Position numbers and translations under genes: made by a program. Under the pieces are notes generated by a model. It saw only the letters and a list, made by a program, of their open reading frames with translations, was not told the origin of the DNA and did no database searches. Positions 1 to 10,951 of a DNA stretch of 64,000 nucleotides are shown in pieces (positions within the stretch are counted from its first letter, which is position 1; the number at the start of each line of letters is the position of its first letter). Origin of the DNA: Micrococcus sp. (GTDB lineage: Bacteria > Actinomycetota > Actinomycetes > Actinomycetales > Micrococcaceae). The stretch lies in the NCBI RefSeq assembly GCF_030523875.1, contig NZ_JAUNHR010000001.1:360-64359 (forward strand). Direction: 5' to 3'.

Positions 1-371
1 GGCACGAGCACCTCGTAGCCGGGGCGCCCGGCGCGCGGCCGGTTGCGCACCACGAGGGTCTGCTCCTCGACGTACTCGCCCCTCAGCGTCACGGGGGTCC
101 ACTCGTCGTCGCTGTCGACGGCGGTGAACATCCCGGACGCCTGCGCGAAGGGGACCGGCTCGTCGTCGTAGTTCTCCAGGACCCGGTTGACCTGGTGCAT
201 GACCTCCACTCGCCGGTCCCACTGCCACTGGGCCAGCCCATGGCACAGGAGGGCGAAGAGGATGCACACCACGAACCCGAAGATCCAGCCCGGGCTGAGC
301 ACGAAGCCGAAGCGCAGCGGCGGCAGGTCCGTCGGGGCCTCCTCGACGACGGGCGTGGGGGCGGGGCTCAT
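1..371 (-). CDS. SURF1 family protein (N-terminal part; C-terminal part of the gene lies beyond the window start)
   Basis: Reverse-strand translation from ATG at 369-371: MSPAPTPVVEEAPTDLPPLRFGFVLSPGWIFGFVVCILFALLCHGLAQWQWDRRVEV... matches the SURF1 pattern (LRPGW..W.W.R, TM helix). Reading frame stays open to position 1. Confidence 0.55.
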   Translation of the reverse strand, partial: MSPAPTPVVEEAPTDLPPLRFGFVLSPGWIFGFVVCILFALLCHGLAQWQWDRRVEVMHQVNRVLENYDDEPVPFAQASGMFTAVDSDDEWTPVTLRGEYVEEQTLVVRNRPRAGRPGYEVLV

Positions 372-622
372 GCGGGGTCCTCCCGGGGGGTCGGGGCGCC
401 CAGCGCGGCGACGTCCCGCAGGAAGCCGCGCGAGGCGAGGAAGTCGTCCAGGTGCGCGCGGTGCTCCTCGCACGCGGTCCAGGTCTTCACCCGGTCCGGG
501 GCGTGCACGCGCGGGTTGTTCCAGTGCAGGGCCCACACCGCCGGGGCGGTGCAGCCGCGGCGGGAGCAGACGGGGGCGCCGTCCGGCGTGGCGGCCTCCG
601 CGGAGGGGCGGGCGGCGGGCAC
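368..622 (-). CDS. DUF3499-like small zinc-ribbon protein
   Basis: C-terminal part of ORF 368..934 contains CSRRGCTAPAVWALHWNNPRVHAPDRVKTWTACEEHRAHL, a DUF3499-like C.R.GC ... C..H pattern. GTG at 620-622 is a plausible start. Its TGA (368-370) overlaps the ATG (369-371) of the downstream SURF1 gene. Confidence 0.45.
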   Translation of the reverse strand: MPAARPSAEAATPDGAPVCSRRGCTAPAVWALHWNNPRVHAPDRVKTWTACEEHRAHLDDFLASRGFLRDVAALGAPTPREDPA

Positions 623-678
623 GGAGGGGGAGGCCGGGTCGTGGCCGGCGGCCAGGGCGCCCAGCAGGTCGGGGCCGG

Positions 679-1113
679 TCACGCGACGCCCCCGGGCCGG
701 GCGGCGGGCAGGGCACGACGCGCGGCGGGGTCGTCCTCGTCCACCACCTCGCCCACCAGCACCACAGGCTCGGCGGGGGCGGCGGCCGCACGGGACGGCT
801 CCGCCGCGAGCGCGGGGCGGGCCGGCGCGGTGGGGCGGATCTGCCCGGCGGCGTGGGGGCCGGCGTTGTTCACGCGCACCACGGCGACGTAGGGCAGGAT
901 CACGGCGCCGGCGATGAACACCAGCTGCCACCACCCGTGGGTGAACAGGGCGGCGATGAAGCAGGCCGTGCGGACGGCCATCTGCACGACGTAGACGCGC
1001 ATGCGGGCCTGGCGGTCCTCGCTGCGCGGTGCGGCCGCGGTGGTCACGCCCTGGACGTCCGGGGCGCGGCGCGCGCCGCGGCCCGTGGGCGTCCCGGGGT
1101 CGGCGGTGGTCAT
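679..1113 (-). CDS. DUF3099 domain membrane protein
   Basis: ORF 679..1194 contains MRVYVVQMAVRTACFIAALFTHGWWQLVFIAGAVILPYVAVVRVNNAGP, which is DUF3099-like with two TM helices. Start chosen at the internal ATG (MTTADP). Confidence 0.5.
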   Translation of the reverse strand: MTTADPGTPTGRGARRAPDVQGVTTAAAPRSEDRQARMRVYVVQMAVRTACFIAALFTHGWWQLVFIAGAVILPYVAVVRVNNAGPHAAGQIRPTAPARPALAAEPSRAAAAPAEPVVLVGEVVDEDDPAARRALPAARPGGVA

Positions 1114-1247
1114 CGGACTGCTCCTCACCGGGGGTGTCGGGTGCCCTCCACGGCGGTGCGCCGTGCGTAGAGTGTGCTGCATCGGCGGACGCACGAGAGG
1201 AGATCCGGTGAGGATCGCCGTCGTCGCCCGTTGACCCTCCAGTCTAG

Positions 1248-2006
<759 letters not shown>

Positions 2007-2054
2007 CCCCGCACCCCGCACCATCGACCAGCACCCCTGCCGCAGGAGGCACCC

Positions 2055-2828
2055 ATGACCGAGAACACCACCCAGGACCTCGCCGGCAAGGGCGTCGTCG
2101 TCACCGGCTCGTCCCGCGGGATCGGGGCGGAGACCGCCGCGCTGCTGGCCGCCCGCGGCGCCGGCGTCGTCGTGAACTACCGCCAGAAGGCGCCCCGGGC
2201 GAACAGGGTGGTCCAGGGCATCGAGGCGGCCGGCGGCCGTGCGGTGGCCGTGGGCGGGGACGTGACGCAGGCGGAGGACCGCGCCGCGCTGCTCGACGCC
2301 GCCGTGGAGCACTTCGGCTCCCTGGACGTGCTCGTGCTCAACGCCTCCGGCGGCATGGAGTCCCAGTTCGGCGAGGACTACGCCATGACCCTCAACCGGG
2401 ACGCGCAGGCCGCGCTGGCCGACGCCGCCCTCGAGCGGATGTCCGCTGGCGGGCAGATCGTGTTCGTCACCTCCCACCAGGCGCACTTCATCGACGAGGT
2501 CCCCACGATGGACTCGTACGAGCCCGTGGCGCGCTCCAAGCGCGCCGGCGAGGACGCCCTGCGCGAGCGCATCCCGGCGTTCACCGAGAAGGGCGTGGGC
2601 TTCGCCGTGGTCTCGGGCGACATGATCGAGGGCACCATCACCGCCACCCTGCTGAACCGCGCCGAGCCGGGGGCCATCGAGGCCCGCCGCGAGGCCGCGG
2701 GGAAGCTGTACACCGTGGAGGAGTTCGCCGCCGAGGTGGCGGCCCTCGTGGGCCGGACGGACCTCGAGGTCGGGCACACCGAGCTGGTCGGCGGCGCGCA
2801 GGACTTCCTGGCCCGCCAGCAGGGCTGA
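2055..2828 (+). CDS. SDR family oxidoreductase
   Basis: 257 aa with VTGSSRGIGAETA glycine-rich NAD(P)-binding motif. Not InhA-like despite the position after fabG. Confidence 0.75.
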   Translation: MTENTTQDLAGKGVVVTGSSRGIGAETAALLAARGAGVVVNYRQKAPRANRVVQGIEAAGGRAVAVGGDVTQAEDRAALLDAAVEHFGSLDVLVLNASGGMESQFGEDYAMTLNRDAQAALADAALERMSAGGQIVFVTSHQAHFIDEVPTMDSYEPVARSKRAGEDALRERIPAFTEKGVGFAVVSGDMIEGTITATLLNRAEPGAIEARREAAGKLYTVEEFAAEVAALVGRTDLEVGHTELVGGAQDFLARQQG

Positions 2829-2932
2829 GCCCGCCGCGTACGCTCCCTCTCCGGGGGGTTGTGGTCACGACGCGCCGTACGCTCGCCCCGCGACGCGGCG
2901 CGTCGTGACCACAGGCGTCTGTGGCCTGGCGG

Positions 2933-3784
2933 TCAGAGGCCCAGCAGCCAGCGCACCGGCGTCAGGGACGGCACGTCCAGCTCGACGTCCGCGTGCTCGC
3001 GCAGCGCCGGCTTGGCGCACAGGGCCACGCCGCAGCCGGCCGCGGCCAGCAGGTCGATGTCGTTGGCGCCGTCGCCGAGGGCCACGGCCTGCTCCGGGGT
3101 GGTCCCGGCCTCCTGCGCCCAGTGGCGCAGCATCCGCGCCTTGGCCGCCCGGTCCACCACGTGGCCGACGATCCGCCCCGTCAGGCGCCCGTCGATCACC
3201 TCGAGCGTGTTGGCCGCCCAGGCGTGCAGGCCCCACCGCTCGGCCAGGGGCTCCAGCACCTGGGTGAAGCCGCCGGAGACGGCGCACACCCGCCCGCCCG
3301 CGCCGGACACGGCCGCCACGAGCTCCACGGCCCCATGGGTCGGCTCCACCGTCGCGACGACGTCGTCCACCACCGACGCCGGCAGGCCCGCCAGGGTCTC
3401 CACGCGCGCGTGGAGGGACTGGGCGAAGTCGAGCTCGCCGCGCATCGCCCGCTCGGTGACGGCCGCGACCTCCGCCTCCCGCCCGGCGTGGGCGGCCAGC
3501 AGCTCGATGACCTCCTGACGGATCAGGGTCGAGTCCACGTCCGTGACCACGAGGGGCGCGGACGCGTCGGCCAGCGGACCCGGCAGGACGGCCGCGGCCC
3601 AGCCCTCCGGCGCGGCGACCTCCTCCGCCCCGCGCCAGCGCCAGCCCTCGAGCACGCTGCCGTCCGGGCCCTCGGCGTGCAGGGCCTCGGCCTCGGCCGG
3701 GACGGCGGCGGGACGGTCCGCCCCCGGCGCGGCGGCGTCGGCGGGGGAGAGGGCGCGGTGGATCAGGCGGCGGGGCTGGCTCAT
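2933..3784 (-). CDS. serB: phosphoserine phosphatase SerB (HAD-IB)
   Basis: The internal Met (MSQPRRL...) of the 547-aa ORF gives a 283-aa product. Motifs DVDSTLI, GDGANDIDLL and SGGF are diagnostic for SerB. Confidence 0.8.
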   Translation of the reverse strand: MSQPRRLIHRALSPADAAAPGADRPAAVPAEAEALHAEGPDGSVLEGWRWRGAEEVAAPEGWAAAVLPGPLADASAPLVVTDVDSTLIRQEVIELLAAHAGREAEVAAVTERAMRGELDFAQSLHARVETLAGLPASVVDDVVATVEPTHGAVELVAAVSGAGGRVCAVSGGFTQVLEPLAERWGLHAWAANTLEVIDGRLTGRIVGHVVDRAAKARMLRHWAQEAGTTPEQAVALGDGANDIDLLAAAGCGVALCAKPALREHADVELDVPSLTPVRWLLGL

Positions 3785-3823
3785 GCCCCGATGGTAGGGG
3801 TGGCCTCCTCCTCGATCGGGCAC

Positions 3824-4717
3824 ATGGCGCGGGTGCACGCGTCCCCGCCCCGCACTAGGCTGGCCGCCATGACCGCGCCCCACGATGCCGCCCGCCCCTC
3901 GCCCGCCGCGTTCGAGGACCCCTTCACGCCCGACGAGGACGCGGTCCTGCAGCTGCACGGGGTGACGGTGCGCCGCGGCGCCAAGGACATCCTGGCCGGC
4001 GTCGACTGGACGGTGCGCGCGGGGGAGCGGTGGGTCGTGATGGGCCCGAACGGGGCCGGCAAGTCCACGCTCCTGCAGATCGCGGCCTCCCGGATGTTCC
4101 CGACCTCCGGCGAGGTGGGCATCCTCGACGAGGTGCTCGGCGCCGTCGACGTGTTCGAGCTGCGCCCGCGCATCGGCCTGTCCTCCGCGCTGCTGGCGAA
4201 CCAGGTGCGCGAGGAGGAGACCGTGCAGGACGCCGTGATCACCGCCTCCTACGGCATGACCGGCCGCTGGCGCGAGGAGTACGAGCTGGAGGACCGTGCC
4301 CGCGCGCTCGGCCTGGTCTCCGAGTGGGGCCTGGCCCGCCTGGCGCACCGCCGGTTCGGGACCCTCTCCGAGGGCGAGCGCAAGCGCGTGCTGATCGCCC
4401 GCGCCCTCATGACGGACCCCGAGCTGCTGCTGCTGGACGAGCCCGCCGCAGGCCTGGACCTGGCCGGCCGCGAGGCGCTCGTGGCGCAGCTGAGCGCCCT
4501 GGCCGAGGACGAGGCCGCCCCCGCCACCGTGCTGGTCACCCACCACGTGGAGGAGGTCCCCCCGGGCTTCACCCACGCCCTCCTCCTGAGCGAGGGCGCC
4601 GTGGTCTCCGCCGGCCCGCTCGAGGAGACCCTGACCTCCGAGCGGCTGTCCGAGGCGTTCGGCGTCGCCCTGAAGGCGACCCGCACGGACGGCCGCTACA
4701 CCGCCGTCGCCGCGTGA
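3824..4717 (+). CDS. ABC transporter ATP-binding protein
   Basis: Walker A GPNGAGKST, signature LSEGERKRV, Walker B LLLLDEP. Alternative start at ATG 3869. Divergent from serB. Confidence 0.8.
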   Translation: MARVHASPPRTRLAAMTAPHDAARPSPAAFEDPFTPDEDAVLQLHGVTVRRGAKDILAGVDWTVRAGERWVVMGPNGAGKSTLLQIAASRMFPTSGEVGILDEVLGAVDVFELRPRIGLSSALLANQVREEETVQDAVITASYGMTGRWREEYELEDRARALGLVSEWGLARLAHRRFGTLSEGERKRVLIARALMTDPELLLLDEPAAGLDLAGREALVAQLSALAEDEAAPATVLVTHHVEEVPPGFTHALLLSEGAVVSAGPLEETLTSERLSEAFGVALKATRTDGRYTAVAA

Positions 4718-5556
4718 GCACGCTGCTCACGTCCCAGGTCCTGGGCATGGACCTGTGGCAGGTCCTGCTGGTCCTGATCGCCGGGTTCTGGGCGGGGACG
4801 ATCAACTCGATCATCGGCTCCGGCACGCTGGTGACCTTCCCGACCCTCGTGGCCGTGGGCTTCCCGCCGGTCACCGCGCAGGTCTCCAACGCGATGGGCC
4901 TGGTGGCCTCCGGGTTCTCCGGCACGTACGGCTACCGCCGCGAGCTCGGCCAGTCCCGGGCCCTGCTGCCCCGGCTGACGCTCGCCTCCTTCCTGGGCGC
5001 GGTCATCGGGGCGGGCCTGCTCACCGTCCTGCCGCCTGCGGTGTTCGGGTACGCGGCGCCGGTGCTGCTGGTGCTGGCCCTGACCATCGTGGTGCTGCAG
5101 CCGCGCATCCAGGCCTGGGTGCGCCGTCGCTCGGCCGACGGCGGCGAGGTCCCCGGCGCCGACTCGCCCGTCCCCGTGGGGCCGGCGTCCCCGGCGCTGT
5201 GGGCGCTCGTGTTCCTCACCGGCATCTACGGCGGGTACTTCGTGGCCGCGCAGGGCGTGATGCTCATGGCGATCTTCGGCGTGATGCTGGTGGGCGGCAC
5301 GCTCGTGCACGCCAACGCGGTGAAGACCTGGCTTTCCCTCGTGGTGAACCTGACCGCCGCCGTGTTCTACCTGCTCTTCGCGTTCGACCGGATCGACTGG
5401 CGGGCCGTGGCCCTGATCGCCGTGTCCTCCCTGGTGGGCGGCTCGGTGGGCGCGCGGATCGGCCGGCGGATCTCCCCGACCGCGCTGCGCGTGACCATCG
5501 TGCTCGTGGGCCTCGCCGGGCTGGCCGTGATGGTCGCCCGCCAGGTTGGCGCGTGA
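4714..5556 (+). CDS. TSUP/TauE-SafE family membrane transporter
   Basis: Multi-TM Gly-rich protein (MSTLLTSQVLGMDLWQVLLVLIAGFWAGTINS...). GTG start overlaps the upstream stop (GTGA). Confidence 0.7.
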   Translation: MSTLLTSQVLGMDLWQVLLVLIAGFWAGTINSIIGSGTLVTFPTLVAVGFPPVTAQVSNAMGLVASGFSGTYGYRRELGQSRALLPRLTLASFLGAVIGAGLLTVLPPAVFGYAAPVLLVLALTIVVLQPRIQAWVRRRSADGGEVPGADSPVPVGPASPALWALVFLTGIYGGYFVAAQGVMLMAIFGVMLVGGTLVHANAVKTWLSLVVNLTAAVFYLLFAFDRIDWRAVALIAVSSLVGGSVGARIGRRISPTALRVTIVLVGLAGLAVMVARQVGA

Positions 5557-6437
5557 GCGGGACCGCCCCGGGCCCGGCGGGGGAGCCCGCCCCGTTCCCC
5601 GGCGAGGTGCGGCTGCGCACGACGGCGGACCTCGCCGACCCGCGTCTGGCCCCCTACACCACGCTCACCGACGCGGCCCTGCGTCGGGACGCGGACGCGG
5701 CCCACGGCGTCTTCCTCGCCGAGTCCTCGCCCGTGGTGCGTCGCGCTCTCGACGCCGGCCACACGCCGCGGTCCTTCCTGCTGGGGGACCGGTACCGCGA
5801 GTCCTTCGCGGACGTGCTCGCCGCGCACCCCTCCGTGCCCGTGTTCACCGGCCCGGACGAGGTGCTCACCGCCCTGACCGGGTTCCATCTGCACCGCGGC
5901 GCGCTGGCCGCGATGGACCGCCCGGCCCCGCGCCCCGTGACCGATGTCCTGGCGGGCGTGCGCCGCGTACTGATCGCGGAGGACCTCGTGGACCACACCA
6001 ACCTCGGCGCGGTGGTGCGCTCCGCCGTCGCCCTGGGCTGGGACGCCCTACTGCTGACCCCGCGGGCGGCCGACCCGCTGTACCGGCGGGCGATCCGCGT
6101 GTCGATGGGGACCGTGTTCCGCCTGCCCTGGGCGCGCACCGCGGGTCCGCTCGAGGACGTGGTCCCGGTCCTGCGGGAGGCCGGGTTCGCGACGGCCGCC
6201 CTGGAGGTGACGGACCGCGCCGTGGGCCTGGACGCCCCCGAGCTGGAGCCGATCCGCAGCGCGGACCGCCTTGCCCTCGTGCTGGGCCAGGAGGGACCGG
6301 GCGTGCGGCCGGAGACGCTGGCCGGCGTCGACGCCCACGTGGTGATCCCCATGCCGGAGGGCGTGGACTCCCTCAACGTGGCGGCCGCCGCGGCCGTGGC
6401 CCTGTGGGAGCTGCGGGCACGCCGCGCCGATCGATGA
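5553..6437 (+). CDS. TrmH/SpoU family RNA 2'-O-methyltransferase
   Basis: C-terminal SpoU methylase motifs ([36 protein letters not shown]). GTG start overlaps the TauE stop (GTGA). Confidence 0.75.
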   Translation: MSGTAPGPAGEPAPFPGEVRLRTTADLADPRLAPYTTLTDAALRRDADAAHGVFLAESSPVVRRALDAGHTPRSFLLGDRYRESFADVLAAHPSVPVFTGPDEVLTALTGFHLHRGALAAMDRPAPRPVTDVLAGVRRVLIAEDLVDHTNLGAVVRSAVALGWDALLLTPRAADPLYRRAIRVSMGTVFRLPWARTAGPLEDVVPVLREAGFATAALEVTDRAVGLDAPELEPIRSADRLALVLGQEGPGVRPETLAGVDAHVVIPMPEGVDSLNVAAAAAVALWELRARRADR

Positions 6438-6549
6438 CGGGCAGGGCCCATGCGGTAGAGTGGGCCGCTGGCCCGCCCGACGGCGGCGCCTCCCAGACCA
6501 CCTCTCGCGCCCCTGGTCCCAATCAGGCGGCTGGAACGAAGGACACACC

Positions 6550-6807
6550 ATGAAGACCGAGATCCACCCGGACTACCGCTACGTCATCTTCAACGACCTC
6601 GCCTCCGGTGAGAAGATCCTCACCCGCACCACCGCGAACTCCTCGAAGACCGCCACGTGGGAGGACGGGAACGAGTACCCGATCATCGACGTCGAGATCT
6701 CGGCCGCCTCGCACCCGTTCTACACGGGCAAGCAGCGCATCATGGACACCGCCGGCCGCGTCGAGCGCTTCAACGCCCGCTTCAAGGGCTTCGGCGGCAA
6801 GAAGTGA
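6550..6807 (+). CDS. rpmE2: 50S ribosomal protein L31 type B (non-zinc form)
   Basis: [28 protein letters not shown]...HPFYTGKQ. There is no CxxC zinc motif. AAGGA RBS 7-11 nt upstream. Confidence 0.85.
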   Translation: MKTEIHPDYRYVIFNDLASGEKILTRTTANSSKTATWEDGNEYPIIDVEISAASHPFYTGKQRIMDTAGRVERFNARFKGFGGKK

Positions 6808-7064
6808 TCTGAGGCGGCGTCGCGCCGCCCGCCCGATCCTCACGAGGGGTCCGGCACCCGGGAGCACCGGGTGGCGGGCCCCTCGTCGCGTCCGCGAGGC
6901 CTGCGCGCACCCGTGCGACCGACCGCTCCGTGGGCAGAAGCGGCGAACGGAACGGCTCCGTGGGCAGAACCCGCAAGCGACGCCGCCGCCCCGGTCGGGC
7001 CGCGGGGTTCCGCCGCGGGCGCACGGCCCCGACCCGCCGGCGCACGGGTCCGTAGGCTGGGCCC

Positions 7065-8123
7065 ATGAGCACACACCACGGCGAGTACAAGGTGGTCGGC
7101 GGCAAGCTGGTGGCCGCTGACCTGACCATCGAGGACGGCCGGATCGTCTCCGCCAGCGTCAACGGCGACTTCTTCCTGGAGCCCGACGAGGCCCTCGAGG
7201 ACCTCAACGCGGCCGTCACCGGCCTGTCCGCGGACGCCGAGCACCGGGCGATCCGCGACGCCGTCCAGCAGGGCCTGCGGCCCGAGGCCGAGCTGTTCGG
7301 CGTGGACGCCTTCGCGATCGCCTCCGCCGTGCGCCGCGCCCTCGGCAAGGCGACGACGTGGGAGGACCACGCGTGGGAGATCCTGCCGCCGCAGCCGCTG
7401 CCCATCACGCTGACGGTGGCCCTGGACGAGGTGCTCACCCGTCAGGTGGCCGAGGGGCGCCGCAGCCCCACCCTGCGCCTGTGGCAGTGGACCGAGCCGG
7501 CCGTGGTGATCGGGGCGTTCCAGTCCCTTGCCAACGAGGTGGACCCCGCCGGCGCCGAACGGCACGGGATCACCGTGGTGCGCCGCATCTCCGGCGGCGG
7601 GGCCATGTTCATGGAGGCGGACAACTGCGTCACCTACTCCCTGCACGCGCCCGCGTCCCTGGTGGACGGCCTCGAGACCGCGGAGACCTACCCGTTCCTG
7701 GACGAGTGGGTGATGGACGCGCTCTCCCGGATGGGCGTGCAGGCGTTCTACCAGCCGCTCAACGACATCGCCACGCCCGAGGGGAAGATCGGCGGCGCCG
7801 CGCAGAAGCGGGTGGGCGCGGACGGCCTGCTGCACCACGTGACCATGAGCTATGACATCGACGCGGACAAGATGCTCGAGGTCCTGCGGATCGGCCGCGA
7901 GAAGCTCAAGGGCAAGGGGGTCGCCTCCGCGAAGAAGCGCGTGGACCCGCTGCGCCGCCAGACCGGCCTCTCCCGGCCGGAGATCTGGGAGACCCTGATG
8001 GCCGTCTTCGAGGAGCGCCACGGTGCCCGCCGTGCGGAGCTCGACGAGGCCACCCTCGAGGAGGCCCGCGAGCTGGCCCGCATCAAGTTCGGCACCCAGG
8101 AGTGGCTCCACCGGGTGCCGTGA
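7065..8123 (+). CDS. lipoate--protein ligase family protein (LplA-like BPL/LPL catalytic domain)
   Basis: 352 aa with the BPL/LPL catalytic-domain pattern (RRISGGGAMFMEADNCVTYSL, KIGGAAQKR). Confidence 0.75.
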   Translation: MSTHHGEYKVVGGKLVAADLTIEDGRIVSASVNGDFFLEPDEALEDLNAAVTGLSADAEHRAIRDAVQQGLRPEAELFGVDAFAIASAVRRALGKATTWEDHAWEILPPQPLPITLTVALDEVLTRQVAEGRRSPTLRLWQWTEPAVVIGAFQSLANEVDPAGAERHGITVVRRISGGGAMFMEADNCVTYSLHAPASLVDGLETAETYPFLDEWVMDALSRMGVQAFYQPLNDIATPEGKIGGAAQKRVGADGLLHHVTMSYDIDADKMLEVLRIGREKLKGKGVASAKKRVDPLRRQTGLSRPEIWETLMAVFEERHGARRAELDEATLEEARELARIKFGTQEWLHRVP

Positions 8124-8208
8124 CGGCCCGCACCGCGACGACGCCGAGGGACCCGGTCCGTCCAGGACCGGGCCCCTCCGTGTGCGCCGCCGGGCGCGGC
8201 CGGGCCCG

Positions 8209-10902
8209 TCAGCCCCGCGGCTGGGCGGCCTGCACCCGTAGGGACCGCCGCAGCTGGTCGGTGTGCTCCACGACGAGCCTGCGCAGCGCCCCCGGGGCCT
8301 CGGGATGGCCGTCAAGCCAGCCCTGGGCCGCGGCGAGCACCGGGTGCCGCTCCTGGACGTCGGCGTCGCCGGCCACGGCGTCCTGGTGCAGCGGGAACAG
8401 CCCCGCGATGGCCCGTGAGGCCAGCCCGTTGGACCGGGAGGACCACACGCGTTCCAGCTCCGGGAACAGCCGCACGGCATACGGGGCGGTGAGGGCGGCG
8501 TCGCCGGCGGCGAAGCCCTCGGCGGTGGCGGAGAGCAGGTCGTTCGAGAGCTCCCCGCCCTCGGCGTCCCGTCCGGCCAGCACGGCATCCCAGGCCGCGG
8601 CCTTCACCGCCGGGTCCGGGAGGGCGTGCACGGCCAGGCGGTGGCCCACCACGGTCCGGGCCGTGCGCCGCTCCGCGAGCGCGGCGTCCAGGGCGGCGCG
8701 GTCGATCCGGCCGGTGGCCGCCTGGGCCTGGAGCACCAGCCAGCGGATCTCGTCGTCGACGGCCAGGCCGGGGGCGGCGGTCGGGGCGTCCGTCAGCAGG
8801 GCCTGCTCCGCGCGCGCCGCGAGCGTCGCGTCCCGGCGTGCGACCAGGCCCAGCACGCGCGCGGCGGCGCGCTGCCGGTCCGACCCGGCCTCGAGCCCGG
8901 CCACGTGCCGCAGGAGGAGGTCCCCGAGGCGTCCGCGCAGGGCCGCCCGCTCCCCGGCCGCCGCGTAGAGCCCCACGGCGGAGGCCGCCTGCGAGAGCAC
9001 CTGGGTGTACACGCCCACGGGCGCGATGGTGTCCGCGAGCCTCTCGACGGCGGCCACGAACGTCCGCACGGGCAGGTCGCCGGCGCGCACCATGGCCCAC
9101 AGGGCGGCCCACACGGTCGCCTGCGCGAGCGGGTCCGCCACCCGGTGGGCCAGCACCGCGTCCAGGGACGCCTCGTCGAGGGCCACGGCGGCGTAGGTCA
9201 GGTCCTCGTCGTTGGGCAGCACGAGGCGCACGCCGTCGCTCGGCACGGTGAGCCCCACGAGCGGGGTGCGCTCGACGCCGGCCGCCACGTCCGCCCGCAG
9301 GCTCGAGGTGCGCACGAGGGCGCCGGAGGCGTCCGGCTCGTACAGGCCGACCTGCACCACGTGGGGGCGGCGGATGGGCTCGCCGGTGGTCGGGTCCTCA
9401 CCCGACTGGACGAGCGCGGCGGCCCCGTCCGGATCGACCTCGACGCGCAGGTGGGGGACGCCCGCCGTGTGGAGCCAGGCCTGCGCCCACGCGGACATGT
9501 CCCGCCCGGAGGCCTCGGAGAGCACCGCGAGGAAGTCCGCGAGCTCCGCGTTGCCCCAGGCATGGCGGCGGAAGTACGTGCGGGCCGCGGCCTCGAACGC
9601 GTCCCGGCCCACGAACGCCGCGAGCTGCTTGAGCACCGAGGCGCCCTTGGCATAGGTGATGCCGTCGAAGTTCTGGCGCGCGGCCTCCAGGTCCACGATG
9701 TCCGCGACGATCGGGTGGGTGGTCGGGTACTGGTCCTGCACGTAGGCCCACGCCTTGCGCCGCGACGCGAAGGACGTCCACGCCTCGGTGAAGCCGGCCG
9801 ACTCGTCCGAGGCCAGCGTGCCCATGTAGTCGGCGAAGGACTCCTTCAGCCACAGGTCGTCCCACCAGCGCATCGTCACGAGGTCGCCGAACCACATGTG
9901 CGCCATCTCATGGAGGATCGTGTTCGCCCGGCCCTCGAGCTGTGCGCGGGTGGGCGCCGTGTCGTGGATGTAGTGCTCGGTGAACGTCACCAGCCCCGGG
10001 TTCTCCATGGCGCCCAGGTTGTACTCGGGCACGAACGCCTGGTCGTACTTGCCCCACTCGTAGGGGACGCCGAACAGGTCGTGGAAGAAGTCCAGGCCGT
10101 CCTTCGTGACGCGGAACAGGGCGTCCGCGTCCAGGTGCTCCGCCAGCGTCCGGCGGCAGAGCAGGCGCAGGTCGACGGCCGCCGCCCCGGTGGGCGGGTG
10201 GCCGTCCCAGCGGTCCTCGACCACCGCGTACGGGCCCGCCAGCAGGGCGGTGATGTAGGTGGACTGCGGCCGGGTGGGGGCGAAGGCCACGGTGACCGAG
10301 CCGTCGTCGTGGACCTGCCGGGAGGTCTCCACGCCGTTCGAGGCGAGCACCCAGTCCGCGGGGCCCGTGAGGGAGAAGGAGAACGAGGTCTTCAGGTCCG
10401 GCTGCTCGAGGGTGGGGAACACCCGGCGCGCGTCCGCCGGCTCGTACTGCGTGTACAGGTAGACCTCGCCGTCCGCGGGATCGACGTACCGGTGCAGGCC
10501 CTCGCCGGAGCGGGAGTAGAGGGCCCGACCCGCGATCCGCACCTTGTGGGCGCCGGCGCTGAGGGACGGCAGCACGATGCGGGCGCGGCCGGCGACCCGT
10601 GCCGGATCCAGGTGCCGCCCGTCTATGGACACGGCCGTGACGGCGTCGTTGAGGAAGTCCACGCGCAGGTCGGCGCCCTCGGTGAGGACGTCCACGCTGA
10701 GCTCGGTGGTCACGGCGAAGGTGAGCGCGTCCTCGTCGCGGACCCCTGCGAGGTCCACGTGGACGGTCTGGGCGGTGAGCCGGACGGCCGCGGCGCGGGC
10801 GCGGGCGTCCTCGCGGGTGAGCGTGGCGTCGTCGAGGGCGGCGGGGGTGGCGGGCGCGGACGACGGGGGAGTGTGCGGGGTGTCGGACATGGCGCCCATC
10901 AC
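8209..10902 (-). CDS. pepN: aminopeptidase N (M1 family zinc metallopeptidase)
   Basis: GAMEN exopeptidase motif and HEMAHMWFGDLVTMRWWDDLWLKESFA (HEXXH...E). About 897 aa. The exact start is ambiguous among Met codons at 10887-10902. Confidence 0.85.
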   Translation of the reverse strand: MMGAMSDTPHTPPSSAPATPAALDDATLTREDARARAAAVRLTAQTVHVDLAGVRDEDALTFAVTTELSVDVLTEGADLRVDFLNDAVTAVSIDGRHLDPARVAGRARIVLPSLSAGAHKVRIAGRALYSRSGEGLHRYVDPADGEVYLYTQYEPADARRVFPTLEQPDLKTSFSFSLTGPADWVLASNGVETSRQVHDDGSVTVAFAPTRPQSTYITALLAGPYAVVEDRWDGHPPTGAAAVDLRLLCRRTLAEHLDADALFRVTKDGLDFFHDLFGVPYEWGKYDQAFVPEYNLGAMENPGLVTFTEHYIHDTAPTRAQLEGRANTILHEMAHMWFGDLVTMRWWDDLWLKESFADYMGTLASDESAGFTEAWTSFASRRKAWAYVQDQYPTTHPIVADIVDLEAARQNFDGITYAKGASVLKQLAAFVGRDAFEAAARTYFRRHAWGNAELADFLAVLSEASGRDMSAWAQAWLHTAGVPHLRVEVDPDGAAALVQSGEDPTTGEPIRRPHVVQVGLYEPDASGALVRTSSLRADVAAGVERTPLVGLTVPSDGVRLVLPNDEDLTYAAVALDEASLDAVLAHRVADPLAQATVWAALWAMVRAGDLPVRTFVAAVERLADTIAPVGVYTQVLSQAASAVGLYAAAGERAALRGRLGDLLLRHVAGLEAGSDRQRAAARVLGLVARRDATLAARAEQALLTDAPTAAPGLAVDDEIRWLVLQAQAATGRIDRAALDAALAERRTARTVVGHRLAVHALPDPAVKAAAWDAVLAGRDAEGGELSNDLLSATAEGFAAGDAALTAPYAVRLFPELERVWSSRSNGLASRAIAGLFPLHQDAVAGDADVQERHPVLAAAQGWLDGHPEAPGALRRLVVEHTDQLRRSLRVQAAQPRG

Positions 10903-10951
10903 ATCACACCGGCCCCGCCCTCGGGTCGAGAGCGGGGCCGGCGCGCTGGGG

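Noticed and set aside
187-1170. 327-aa plus-strand ORF, plus overlapping 195..917 and 452..892 ORFs.
   Set aside because: Arg/Gly-rich junk translation. The minus strand here carries SURF1, DUF3499 and DUF3099, which have real motifs.
2055-2828. Possibility that the gene after fabG is inhA (enoyl-ACP reductase), as in mycobacteria.
   Set aside because: It has a classical SDR glycine motif (TGSSRGIGAETA) and no InhA-like GIITDSSIAF or Y-x6-K. Called a generic SDR.
6925-6969. Could the direct repeats be a CRISPR array?
   Set aside because: There are only two 15-bp copies, no cas genes, and the spacing and length do not fit. Kept as a possible regulatory repeat.
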